From Vicugna vicugna (Eukaryota), in the NCBI GenBank assembly GCA_013265495.1, contig MU058221.1:1364001-1428000 (forward strand): a stretch of 64,000 bases of DNA. The letters are read 5' to 3'. A program made the position numbers and the translations under genes. Shown here in pieces: positions 13,771 to 26,498 of this stretch. The notes under the pieces are model-generated. The model searched no databases. It was not told the DNA's origin and saw nothing but the letters and a program-made list of their open reading frames with translations. Position 1 is the stretch's first letter; every line of letters starts with the position of its first letter.

Positions 13771-16641
13771 CTTTGCAGTGTCTCACCTTTCAGATCTGTC
13801 CTATATAATTACTTCCTTACTTGCCATGATGTTTCTAACATAGCTTCAAATGTTTCAGAAACAGAGAATGCCTTCACTTTGCGTTTTTTGATTGGTGTTA
13901 TTTATTTTTTTTCTACCTTACTTTCTACTCACTGGAGTGATGGGCAGAGCTTTTCAGATCTGCAGCTGGATGGCAGGTTGATATGCGAGGCTCTTGTTCT
14001 GAGCTGGGACTTTCATGCAGCGAAGACAGCTGGTCCGAGGCAGAGTCCTGTCTAAGCCCCACGGCCTGACCCTTCTGGCGGATGGAGTACACGAAAAAAC
14101 ACTGACACTGGGATGCCTTCGTGGCTGCATCTTTTTCTCCCTCTGCTCCACCTACGGCCTTATGCTTCCAGGACTCGAGCTTCTCACTCACCTGCAGGCA
14201 CTCACATCCCCTCCACATGTTCCTAGAGAGCAGAGGGACGGAGACAACAATGAGACAAAGAGCAATAGTCATAACATAAAACCCACCGAGCAGAGTCACC
14301 GCCGACACCGCTGCACATCAATGCCACCGAGCTGTTTGTCTGAATGAGCGTTCCTCCCGGGGCTTTGATTTTGTGGGCCTGGGGAGCGTCCAGGCCTTTT
14401 GCGTTTTTAGCAAAGCTCTCGGGAGATTCTGATCAAAGTGGCCATCGACCACAATTTGAAACTCACTGCCTTTGAGCGTTAGCTGGCAACTTAGGAACAT
14501 CGCGAAAAGGAACCAAGACTGGAGATGATCACGCGTTGAGGTCAGACCTGCCCGTTGTGTGTCTGACCCACAGGGAGTCCATGACTTACGGTTTTTAAAT
14601 TCATTACGTTAATTGTGTTTTTTGTTTTTCCCTTAGGTGTTGTTATGTGCAATCTAAACTTCATTTCTAAACGAAGGTTTCTGTCTGGCAGCGAAGGGAG
14701 GCGGTCCCGTGCGTTTCAGTCTTGCTCTGGATCTCTGCAGACCGTTAGGAGGAAGCGGCGAGGGTCTGCTCTGGGGCCGGGAAGCGTAGTGTGTTTGTGG
14801 AATAACGTTTCACGGTAAACCAAGCGCGCTCTTAGCTGTTCTGTAGGAGGAAAATGTTTACACTGCATTTGACAGTCAAGAGATTAATGCCATTACATTA
14901 TTACATGAAAATTTGGACTTTCAAAGTGTGTTGGCATCGGGGCAAAGGGGAATGCTTCACATGCTTTTACGGACATATGAGAAACGTCAATCCACGGACT
15001 GAAATACCATCTCAGTTAGCATCCACTGTGCAGGAAGTGACTGACCCACCGTGGAACGTAGCAGAGCAAACTGCCTTCCCTGAGAGGGGAGGGGGGGATT
15101 TTAGCAACATCTTCCAGTCGGACTGTTACCAGGTGACAAAATGAAACACCTGTTTGCCTTCCTCAGCTCCAGCTCTGCAGCCCCGATGGCAGAACACTGT
15201 CTTGCAGGCAACCTGAACTCTCCAAGAACACGCAGGAAAGTAAACAGGACGCGTTATCAAAGTTACGTCCTTTTTAAGAACAGGCTGTTCTGAAGAGAAG
15301 TCAAGGGCTTGAAAGGTTGTGTGATGATGAGCTGGTGATGCTCACGTGCTTTGGGGAAACACATTTATGAAGTCACACGCGCCGAGGCGGGTGGAGGGTT
15401 CCCGCAGAAGTAGGGAGAGGCTGCCTTTATCAAAGGCAATGAGGTGCAGCCATTTGAAAATGTTCCCTACTTCTAATGCCTAGAAAATGCAGCCGAGACT
15501 GACTCGCCGAGTTATGCTAAAAACTAGTGAGAAGCGTCTGATTCGAAAACAAATTATTCCAAGTGTCTGCCAGGTGCTGGGGAAGGCAAGGACGGAGGAA
15601 GGCTGGTTTCGGATTTCCTCCCAAGCCTCCTGTAGGAGCACTCCGGAGCTCGAAAGGGGCTTATCAGTGCGCGTTGGAACGTTTTAATTACACACTTCAG
15701 AAAATACTTCAGAGTCATTTGACTAAAAGTGCAATTTGTGTATTACATTTCAGCACTTAAGTCAACTATGCAATAGCATTTTAAATTAAAATCCAATATA
15801 CTCTGCATTCACTCTGTTCAAGAAAATTGAAGCTAATTAGAACTCTCCAATTAAGCAAGACCGAGGGGGGAGCTGAACAATGTAGTTCTCAGAATAGCAC
15901 ACATGATTATGTGTGGAAATAAGCACACTCATACGCAAGGGAAAAAAATGCCAAATATTCAAAACAAAAGTTGGGGGGAGAAGAGCAGTAGAAATACGCC
16001 TTTTCGGTGTTTTGCGGAATAAACTTCCAAGGGTCGTACAAGCAACTCGATCATCTAATTATCCGCTTTCCAAAGTTTCTCTGAGAGATGCGGCTCCTCC
16101 TCGGTCCAGCACTCAGAGTGTGTCTTCCAATCCGGGCTCCCAGGTGGCCTTCCTGCAGGCAAATACCTGGAACCTGGAAATGTAACCACACTTGAAATCA
16201 CACTGCCGTCCTCATTTTAGCCCCACCAGTAAAGCGAGCCCTGGGGGCTACACCTCTTTGCTGACTCAACCCTGATGCCACTTAACTCGCCATGAACAGC
16301 TGTCGTGACAGTAGATTCCGTAGGTTTTGTGCTTTGTCAGCTTCATTAGATGACGCCACGGCTTCTACAAACGTGCTTTATAAATCTATTTCCCGCCAAA
16401 CATTGTGCAAGCTTTTTCCACTTCCCCAGTTTCCTGCCAGCATATCATACCATCAATGTTTCACCTTTTGTGAATGTAACGGGAGTTTGGTATGTTCTTC
16501 TATATTGTTTAATGTCCCTTTATATCATTGATGGATATTTTATTGCTCCTGACAATTATCCATATTTTATTGTCAATTTTTTCATGGGCATTTTCTTATA
16601 TTTTGGATACAGATTCTTTGATCCTTTCCGATGTATAAATG

Positions 16642-16643
<2 letters not shown>

Positions 16644-16670
<27 letters not shown>
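16644..16670. repeat. (CA)n microsatellite
   Basis: About 13 CA units. Confidence 0.95.
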
Positions 16671-16672
<2 letters not shown>

Positions 16673-17099
16673 CATCTTGTCCCCCTAAAATTGCTTGCTT
16701 TTAATTATTTTTTTAAAAACCACTTTACTGGAGTATGATAAACGTGTAAAAAGCTGTACATATTTAATGCAGACAAGTCAAAAGGACGTTATTTTTCCTT
16801 TTTTTACATCAGCTGTTTTACAAATTAAAGAATGTACTTCCTCTTAGGATTTGACCACACATTTTGAAAATGTTTCCTTGTGTTTTTCTCAACACTTTCT
16901 AATTTTGTTCAGCACCTCTGTTCTCCTGCCAGATCAGCCAAATTATCGTGTTAGCGTCTTTCAGAATCTCTCCCCACGTTACTATGAGCTAGCACACTGA
17001 TTCCGTTTTTATAAGAAAAGAAGCCTCAGATTCATTATAAACTTGGATTTGCCCATCTGTTTGTCCTTATTGTCTAGCTCATTTATCCTAATTAGTTAG

Positions 17100-17870
17100 C
17101 TTTTCCTAATGACCGCTTCTCTCTTGCCGCCATTTTCTCCCACGTCCTTTCTTCATTCTTGCTGACGTCCCGTGAAACCATTTCTGAGCGAGCCTTTGGG
17201 TGGCAATTCTGAATTGTCCCTCCCTTCCTCCCTTGCATGCTAGTGGACGTAGCTGTAGATTTCTGTCTCTTTGGAAGTTTTACTTCGCTGACACCTGACG
17301 TTGGTAGTTACTGTAAGAAGCCCTCGGTCACCTGCATCTCTTTCATTGATAATTTCTTTTTTCTCTGTATACTCGGAAGTTTTTCTCTTTAAACACGATC
17401 TTTTGCAACATTACTACCAGGTTTCTGGTTGGGCTTTTGTTTCTATTTCAACTGGTATGTTTTGTTTGTGTTTCCCATCGTTCTTTCCTCTCCATCATTT
17501 AATTCTTCTATTACTGACACTGGGTAGTGTATATTTTCATGCTGTTTTTAATTTGATTTAACTTACTTTAATTTGATTCTGTTCACCTCTTTCTCTTTGT
17601 TCAGACATCTCTTGCACAAACATTACAGTTTATCTTATTAAGTTTCTCTTCACATTTGTTTTTTATTTTTTCATAATGATCTATTAATCTTATTTTCTAA
17701 CTGTAATTCTGTTATTTATCTCTGAGGAATTTGAAGCATGATTCTTATAAAGCCCTTTTCAGATTCCCCTCTTATTTCCATTTGGTGGCACGTGAATTCT
17801 CTAACTTACTGAGTTTTTGTATTATTTCCGCGAGATGGGTTTTCCACTTGTGCTTTGAAAAGTAACAACT
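17100..17870 (-). mobile_element. Ancient L1-derived T-rich remnant
   Basis: T-rich decayed antisense ORF1-like text; family and boundaries uncertain. Confidence 0.4.
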
Positions 17871-18112
17871 TACCTTGAATTGGATATGGTTGTTTCTTAT
17901 TGTCCCTGCATTTCTCAGTTCGTCTCAACTGACCCTCTGTTCTTACCAGCTCACAAACAAACCTCAGGGTCTCAGTGACCAGGACCCACCTGAGCCCACA
18001 CCCTTCCTGGCCAGGTGCTAGTTGAGTGACTGTCTGGTTGTCACTGCCTCCAGCAGGAGTCCAGCAACAGCCTCAATGCTTGGCGGTGTGTATTTCTCCC
18101 CAGCCGCTTATC

Positions 18113-18268
18113 TTTTTTTTTTTTTTAACACTTTTAACTTGAAATATAGTCAGTTACAAATCAGTCCCTCATGTGCAGCAGAATGTCCTGGTCATACATA
18201 TATTCCTTTTCATACTCTTTCTCATTAAAGGTTATTGCAAGATACCGAATGTAGTTCCCTGTGCTCTG
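18113..18268 (-). mobile_element. 5'-truncated L1 3' end
   Basis: poly-T followed by 'gaaatatagtcagttaca...aaggttattgcaagataccgaatgtagttccctgtgct'; possible short TSD cttatc. Confidence 0.8.
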
Positions 18269-19142
18269 TCCCCTCTTATCCTTTGTCCCCAGATTCAGAG
18301 CTTCATCTGAGTCCCAAGTTTATATGGAGTTTGACTCACATCCTCTTCACAAGTGACCTCAGATACATAGAACTCAGGGCTGCCTCAACAGAACCCTGGT
18401 CATTTACTCCTGTAGCTTCAAATGTCATTGTCTTTTTTTTTTTCCTGGCGGTGGGTGAGACAGGTTCAGGGAGTTACCTATGTGTTTAGTCGTTTTTATT
18501 ACAGTCCATCCATGGTTGCTGTATGTTTGGAATAAATGAAGGGCAGTCATTTGGTGGAATCTCAGGCTGAGTCTGTGGGACAATCTGACCAGAGCCTGTA
18601 ATTTCCTTCTGAAATATTAAAGCCTTAGGGAATTTAATTTAAAATAAAGCATAAGGTTGAGAGAGATTCATTTCTTCCCCCCCCCCAAATTTAATTAACA
18701 GTTAGTTCATCTTTTTTCCTTTAATGGTTTGAAATCCTAGCTTTACCATAAAATTCATCTACATACTTCTTTCTGATTAAAGTGTTGATTTCTGTAACAA
18801 TACCTCTGTTTTGGATAACTGACACATGCAAGGAACTATAAACTCTGAAAGAACTAGTATTTCCTCATTTTTTAGAAATAAATCTCCTGGCCATCTCAAA
18901 TATTTTATTTTTCCAGAAGAACTTTAATAATTTTTAGTAAGCAATAATTTAAAATTTTTCATAATTCATCTAGAATTTTATTCTGATTGCTTTACATTTA
19001 AAGAGAATTGGCATACCGACAAAAAATGTCTTCTAGATTATCCAAATTCAACTTTTTTCCCTGTTTTTTGCAGTGGAATAGGTCTTGGTTAGAATTTTAA
19101 ACACCATTCTGTTATTTGAAATTATCAATATACAATATATTT

Positions 19143-20528
19143 GTTTATTCTTGCTTTTATTTCTTCTAGGAGAAAATTTTTGAAATGTATGTCAGATAAT
19201 GTTTTGCCTATGTTTTCCTCTAGGAGGTTTATTGTATCTTGTCTTATGTTTAAGTCTTTAATCCATTTTGAGTTGATTTTTGTATATGGTGTAAGGGTGT
19301 GTTCTAGCTTCATTGTTTTACATGCTGCTGTCCAGTTTTCCCAGCACCATTTGCTGAAGAGACTGTCTTTATTCCACTGTATATTCTTGCCTCCTTTGTC
19401 GAAGATTAGTTGACCAAAAGTTTGTGTGTTCATTTCTGGGCTCTCTATTCTGTTCCATTGGTCTATATGTCTGTTTTGGTACCAATACCATGCTGTCTTG
19501 ATGACTGTAGCTCTATAGTATTGTCTGAAGTCTGGGAGAGTTATTCCTCCAGCCTNNNNNNNNNNNNNNNNNNNNNNNNNNNNNNNNNNNNNNNNNNNNN
19601 NNNNNNNNNNNNNNNNNNNNNNNNNNNNNNNNNNNNNNNNNNNNNNNNNNNNNNNNNNNNNNNNNNNNNNNNNNNNNNNNNNNNNNNNNNNNNNNNNNNN
19701 NNNNNNNNNNNNNNNNNNNNNNNNNNNNNNNNNNNNNNNNNNNNNNNNNNNNNNNNNNNNNNNNNNNNNNNNNNNNNNNNNNNNNNNNNNNNNNNNNNNN
19801 NNNNNNNNNNNNNNNNNNNNNNNNNNNNNNNNNNNNNNNNNNNNNNNNNNNNNNNNNNNNNNNNNNNNNNNNNNNNNNNNNNNNNNNNNNNNNNNNNNNN
19901 NNNNNNNNNNNNNNNNNNNNNNNNNNNNNNNNNNNNNNNNNNNNNNNNNNNNNNNNNNNNNNNNNNNNNNNNNNNNNNNNNNNNNNNNNNNNNNNNNNNN
20001 NNNNNNNNNNNNNNNNNNNNNNNNNNNNNNNNNNNNNNNNNNNNNNNNNNNNNNNNNNNNNNNNNNNNNNNNNNNNNNNNNNNNNNNNNNNNNNNNNCAT
20101 TTGCAGCAACATGGATGCTCCTAGAGAATGTCATTCTAAGTGAAGTAAGCCAGAAAGAGAAAGAAAAATACCATATGAGATCGCTCATATGTGGAATCTA
20201 AAAAACAAAAACAAAAACAAACAAACAAACAAAAACAAAGCATAAATACAGGACAGAAATAGACTCATGGACAGAGAATACAGACTTGTGGTTACCAGGG
20301 GGGTGGAGGGTGGGAAGGGATAGACTGGGATTTCAAAATTGTAGAATAGATAAACAAGATTACACTGTATAGCACAGGGAAATACACACAAAATGTTATG
20401 ATAAATCACAGAGAAAAAAATGTGACAATGAGTGTGTATATGTCCATGAATGACTGAAAAATTGTGCTGAATACTGGAATTTGACACAACATTGTAAAAT
20501 GATTATAAATCAATAAAAAATGTTAAAA
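19143..20528. mobile_element. Young L1 with 5' inversion (antisense ORF2 piece 19143-19555, sense 3' end 20098-20528)
   Basis: Uninterrupted ORF2 peptide '[29 protein letters not shown]...[16 protein letters not shown]' on minus; sense C-terminus 'FAATWMLLENVILSEVSQKEKEKYHM' + 3'UTR + A tail; 16-bp TSD aatatacaatatattt at 19127-19142 and 20529-20544. Confidence 0.93.
19556..20097. other. Assembly gap (542 N)
   Basis: Run of N. Confidence 1.
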
Positions 20529-20939
20529 AATATACAATATATTTAAAAACATAATTTAACTGTTAAATATTATAGCATGCTGTTGTAATTCACTGGATAA
20601 TCCTACAGGCACATCTGTTACCAAGAAGAGGGTGAGAATTGAAGTAAATGTGAGCACCTGATAAGAAACACAAGTGTAAACATGAATTAACCTGATAGGG
20701 TGTCTGGAGAACACACTAAAGAACGTGGAATTTTGGCTTTATTTTTTAAGAAATGAAAGAGAATGCAGGATGTAAACAAATTACGATCATTTTCCACTAC
20801 TGAAGCAAGGTAGAAAATAATCTGCTAAAAGTCATGAAACTGAACAGGAATTCTGCCCTGTCGCACGTGGTGAAAACGCTGAGATGCCCTCGTTCTGCTG
20901 GTCCACTCTTCGCTGTGCCCCAGAGCATCCTCTCACGGC

Positions 20940-21972
20940 CTACCTGGCATCTCAGTTGAATGAATAATAATCATGCCAAATTATTAAGTCCAAATACAGC
21001 TCCTGGTCTCCCACACTCCCATCCATTTAACCCAAGTCTTCTCTATCTTCATGCCACCTACCTCCCATGACAGGTCTTACTTACACGACTGTCCAAAAAT
21101 GCTTTTGTGGGATCATCAATATATCAGTCTGACGTACAATAAAATGACTAACGGTCAACCGTTTTTGATGTTCAAAAGTGACAGTTGCATGCAGTTAAAT
21201 GTAATATTTCAAATTCATCTAATTTTGTGTCATCGGCTACCATCATCGTCTTTCCTCTGGACAATTACAATGTCCTCCTAACCGACGTCTCTGTGTCCAC
21301 AATTGTCCAGCTCTGCTTTCTTCTCTGGAAAATCTCAACGTAATTGTCTCACGTAAACCACTCATGTCCCTGACTCAGTTCAAAATCACTAATGTTTTTA
21401 TGTCCCTCTACTGACCAGAATGAAATTCAAATTATTTTTTTCATCACTGGTTCCAAATATTTCCATGAACTTTTCTCATTGCAGCCTCTCCTCTTACAGT
21501 TTCTCCTCCGCTTCCCTAAACCTCCAGATCGTCAGTCCGTTTCCGGAAGAGTCAAGCTGCCTGCCGCTTTATCTATATCTCTGTCCTGGAACAGTGTCTC
21601 ACGACACATGCACTTGGTGTTTCCTCAGGCTGGAGGCTTGGCTTCTAGCTCCTTACATTTCATCCTGTCATTCAAGTCTCACATGAGTTATTTCTTCGAG
21701 GGACTCCCCGTATCCTCTGATCTAAAGCTGTCTCTCTGTCACTTTCCCTCCCATCACCCTGCTTTACTTCCTTCAGAGCATCCATCTCTGCCTGCAGTTA
21801 TCTTGATCAATGGTTTGTTTCTACACTTGTCTGTCTAACGTCCTCCTCCACTAGCAAGGAGGCTCCATCCTGCAGTGCCGGTCTGGTCTGTTCACTGTGG
21901 CGTCCCGTGTGCCTCGCATGGTGCCTGCCGCTTGAATACACTCAGTAATTGTCTCTCCAAACATAGATGAAA
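20940..21972 (+). mobile_element. LINE-2 (L2a-like) 3' portion
   Basis: 'ccatcatcgtctttcctctggacaattacaatgtcctcctaacc', 3' end 'tctgttcactgtggcgtcccgtgtgcctcgcatggtgcctg...ctcagtaattgt'. Confidence 0.75.
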
Positions 21973-22384
21973 AATTTTAGGTGACTTAAATCATTGCAGT
22001 GCTTCATAAATGTGATGAGTGTATTGTTAATTCTAGAATTATGTATGTGTCCCTTCTGCAATTTTTTATGTACTTACAGTATGGCTTTTCTTTGCCATGG
22101 ACAGTTTTTTTTGAGGGGGTGAGAAAGAAGACATTTTCTTATTTTTATTGTTCTAAAAATGTAAATGAATAATAAATGTAAAATGTATACAAACCCTCAA
22201 ACCACTCAGAATAACAGAAACAGTGATAATTGAGAAAGAAATAATATTAAAAAATGCACAAAATTAGAAGCCTATGTGTATAATTCACTTCGCTCCCTCT
22301 GCTTCTCATTTCTCTCCCCAGAAGGTAACTAGCCACTGTTAACAGGCTGTCACTACTCTCAGTTTTTTTCCTGTGTATTGCTAA

Positions 22385-22485
22385 TCTATTTATCTGTCTG
22401 TCTGTCTATTTATCTGTCTATCAATCTATCAGTTGATCTATCTATCTATCTATCTATCGATCTATCTATCGATCTATCTATATCT
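22385..22485. repeat. Imperfect (TCTA)/(TCTG) microsatellite
   Basis: Read directly. Confidence 0.9.
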
Positions 22486-24559
22486 GTATTTCTATCTCCA
22501 AAGTCTTGGAGAATTTAATGTAAAGAGGATCATTAACAAATGAAAACATCAAGAAAGAAATAACAGATTTATTATTTTTTAGGGCAAATGAGGCATTTGT
22601 TAAATTGACTAACACAATTCCTGGCACAAGGTTTTAAGGAAAGCAAATTGGTAACCGGATCATACGATAAGGTTGAAGTCGCACTGCTGTTGAAAGTCAG
22701 ATTTGAGAATAAAGGGAAATCCTTTTCTTCAAGTATGATTGATTGAATCTGGTATTTTGCTTCTGTGTCAGTGTGTTAGCATAAGCAAAACTGACCTGAA
22801 TGCCTAAGCGATTTTTTTCTTCAAAATTTCTCTGCAATTGTCAGAAGACAGATTAATTAACCTTCATTTTTTTAGTTCACGTAAAATATATAAAATGCTA
22901 TTTATTTAGGAAAAGGTAATTAATTAATTTTCTCCAGGGACTAAAATCATTTTCCCTAAAGCAAAATCATTCTGACATTCTCAAATATCACAGTTTCATT
23001 AAAGGACAATTATAAAGTAATTTACAGAATAAATCTCATTACTTTCCAGAGGCTTTTTGAATTAAGTGAAAGAAAATGTTACTAGATTTGACCTTCAACT
23101 TTGTTTTTTAAACAGTTGAACATGCAGAAAACACAGCAACATTTGAAGAGTGATAATCAAAATTGAAATGACCTTAAAAATGCTTTTCAAAAAAAAAATC
23201 ATTGGCATATTTTTTTCTCAAAACATTTTAAAGTAGTTTTTTCCTAAAAAAGAGTAAACAAAAAATTCAATTAAACTGAAAACTACTGGAATGGCAAGAT
23301 ATGGTTCTCAGCTGTTTTTTCCCAGAGGTAACGTTTAAAACATTGGTGATTCAGTTACTCATTTTTTTATTTTCTTCTCTGTTTGAACAATTCTTTGTTG
23401 AAAATAATTCATTGAAAACTCTAGATTATTTAAAAAAACAAATGGTATGGAACCATCTAGTTAATGATACCAGGAATCTTGAAATAAAGTAGACAAAATT
23501 GAACAAATTTTAAATTTAAAAATATTTACAGAATTAAACAATTATGTTAAGCAATGTGGGTTACAAATTAGTAAGCATGACATTATTTAGTTGAAAATTA
23601 AAGGCTAAATTAATAAGAATTAAGAAGAAATGTAGAAGCATTTTTTAAATATTCCCCTCTTCAATGTCTCTCTACTTCCACTTTTGCAATTATGACAAAT
23701 GTTGATTTCTTACCATTCAAATTTCTGCAATAAACTTGTAACTTGTCTGGGCTATATTTGCTCTAACAATATTTAGCCACAGCAATGAAAATCTTACATT
23801 TCAATGGCAACAAATAACTATTCCACTATCCTGCCAAAAATTCCATTTTTTGCCATATAAATAAATAAGGCAGTGCATAATCTGATAAAACATTACTTTG
23901 TAATTTCTATACTTATTTAGATTATAGTAACAATGCCTGCTTTTCTTATACAATTGCTTTATTTAATTGCACGATTTCATTTACCCTTTATAAATGCTCT
24001 ATGACTAGTTACAATTGATACATAAAGTCGGAATAAATGACTCATCAGCACCACCCAAATGTGGTACTGACATCTTTTGACCCCAGCCTACAAACTTTTC
24101 TAGTGTGCGATGACTGCCTATATATTTTCCAATCTAGGCAACTTAAAATTGTTAGAAGTGCTTACTAGACGCTGCTGTAGGTACTTGGGATGCAGAGTAA
24201 CATTGAAACGTAATGTTGTGTTAAGGACCCAGAAAATCGTCTACCTCCACTTATGTCTTTTCTCCTGGAAAAGTCTGCAAAGAGACCTCACCTACCCAGT
24301 GGTCCACAATTCTGAACTCTCTTCTAGTGAGCGCTCACTAGCTGCCAAGCCCTGTGTTGGGGAATAAGGATGAATAGGAAAAATGAAACAAAACAGGATT
24401 TTGTGGGCAGCTTTTAAAAGTGTTCAAGTCAAATCTAGAGGTCGTGGATGACGTAAGGACTGGGGAAGCATCTACGTAACTTCTGAAGGGGGACCTTCAC
24501 CTCCATGACGAATATTCTCTGCTCTGGACTTACCTTAGGAACCAGAACACAGTTGGAAC

Positions 24560-24756
24560 AAATTCTCGTTCACATCAGTGATTCCAGCGGACCCGTCTGT
24601 ATAATCTAGGGTAACACCACATCCCCAAATGCTCGGTGTCATCATAAATGAAAAGCGCCTTTTACGATTGCAGGTAACACATGTCCTAAATTCCAGGGAT
24701 TGGCATGAGGGCATCTTTTTAGGAGGGGAGGGGAAGTTGACATGCATACAGCCCAC
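24560..24756 (-). mobile_element. MaLR LTR (MLT1) 5' fragment
   Basis: 'ataatctagggtaa...aggtaacacatg...ttccagggattggcatgagggcatcttttt' matches antisense MLT1. Confidence 0.65.
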
Positions 24757-24789
24757 GTTCATTTTTTATTTTCTGTTTTCCCCAATGAC

Positions 24790-24890
24790 ATATCCAGCGC
24801 CACAGAGACAGAGACGGTAGGCGCTGTGTCCATGATTCTGTCTTCATCTCCTAGCAAAATATCCGACATACAGTCGGTGCTCAGTATAAA
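24790..24890 (+). mobile_element. L2 3' terminal fragment
   Basis: 'cctagcaaaatatccgacatacagtcggtgctcagta'. Confidence 0.5.
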
Positions 24891-26282
24891 AGCAGTAAAA
24901 TGCAAACAGTTTGTGAAAACTTGTAACCTGAGAGTGAGCTCTTATTACCATTTCCTAATTAAAACCTGAAGAAAGCAACCAAAGAGGTAAAGATGCGTTA
25001 CAGTTTATCAACACACTTGCTCGTCTGCAGGGTGTCCCCGCCCTGGAGGGGAGGCGTGTGAGAACGGAGGTAAATGAGAGACACTAAGCCAGCCTACCCT
25101 GTAGCGCGCTGCAGCTCCAGTGGCCTCGTAGGATGCGGGTTTCTGAAGAACGCAACACACTGTTTCCTCTGTTACGGCTTTTAATACTGAAGTTGCCCGT
25201 CTTAGCTAAAAATAGGCTTTTCTGATCTTCAGATTATTCTCATTTCAGAAAGGACGTCATCTCGAATCTCATTACCAAATGCAAATTAAAGGTGGAAAAA
25301 AAAATGATGACCCAGCTTCATGGACCTCTTTTCTTACAAGAAGTCTGTTTCACGAGAAATATTTTCTCCAGTCCCTCAGATTAGTTTGATAACTATGTCT
25401 TTTCTTTGGTGATTTTTCTCCTTTTGAGTTTCCTGCAAAGTACAGTATCAGGAACGAACCTAGATTCTGTGTGATGTTTGTTTTCAGTCTCTAAACATGT
25501 CAATCTCATATAAAGATGAAGGGAAAGTATAGAATTAAGGTCATTAATTCCAAAAAAAAAAATGTTTTACTGAAAAAGAAGTCAACTGGTTTATGGGAAT
25601 GTAGTGTGAAGCCCATCGACACGCAGATAATGCCCTGGTTGTGAAAGTTTCCTCTTGTGTGTGTGTGTGTGTGATGACACACACTGTCTCCCTCATTGAC
25701 ACGCTGCTCAAAATTCGATGTTATATAATAGCGTTTTCTGCTTATTTCATTTGCTTTTCACATTGAACATAAACTGAGAATAAACTACTGAAGGGCTGAC
25801 CTTGTTGCGCACCTTGAAACCCCTCATAATGTCAGTGTTTGCCTTTTATGACCACCGACTAGTCTGCGACCTCTTCCATTTCCTGGTCCTCTGTTCTAAG
25901 CGGTTGATGAAATTCTTTTGAGGATCACTTTCAACTCAGACAGATGTTACACGAAGTCGGTCAAAGATGTGTTTGCTCTGCCTTCCGAATAGGGGAGAAC
26001 TCAGGGTAATCTGTACTACAGTAAATGCAAAATCAACAACCAAAACGTCCACTAAGGATTCTGACAAGTAGACGAGGACGCCCCCTGCTTCTTAGAGCTG
26101 ACGTGAATTGTCCTGCATTTTAAACTTCTTGTTTCAGTAGGATTCCAGAGAAGTAATTTAGATACACAGATTCCAGACATTTTAATCCTAAATCCAATAA
26201 CCATTTCTTTTATGAAATGCTCACTCCCATTGGTATTTCAAAGTTGGAGCTTAAAACTGATATTTGCACAATCGATTTAAAG

Positions 26283-26498
26283 CAACGGTCCTCGATGTGT
26301 AGGGCGTTGTTCTGTCCCTCAGGGAACGTTTGCAGTCTCTGAAGACATTTTTTTGTTGTTGTCAAAAGCAGAAGTGTTATTTGCATCAAAGGCACAGACC
26401 AGGTATGTTGATAATCCTTCTACAATACACAGGACAGTCCTCCACCAGAAGAATTACCCAGTCCAAAATGTCGTTAGTTCAGAGGTCGAGAAATCCTA
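26283..26498 (+). mobile_element. MER20 (hAT-Charlie MITE), near full length
   Basis: 'tacaatacacaggacagtcctccaccagaagaattacccagtccaaaatgtcgttagttcagaggtcgagaaatcct' matches the MER20 3' half; length about 216 bp. Confidence 0.9.

Noticed and set aside
19410..20201. 199-263 aa ORFs
   Set aside because: Artefacts of translating through the N gap inside an L1.
21392..21838. 148-aa ORF
   Set aside because: Lies within a decayed L2.
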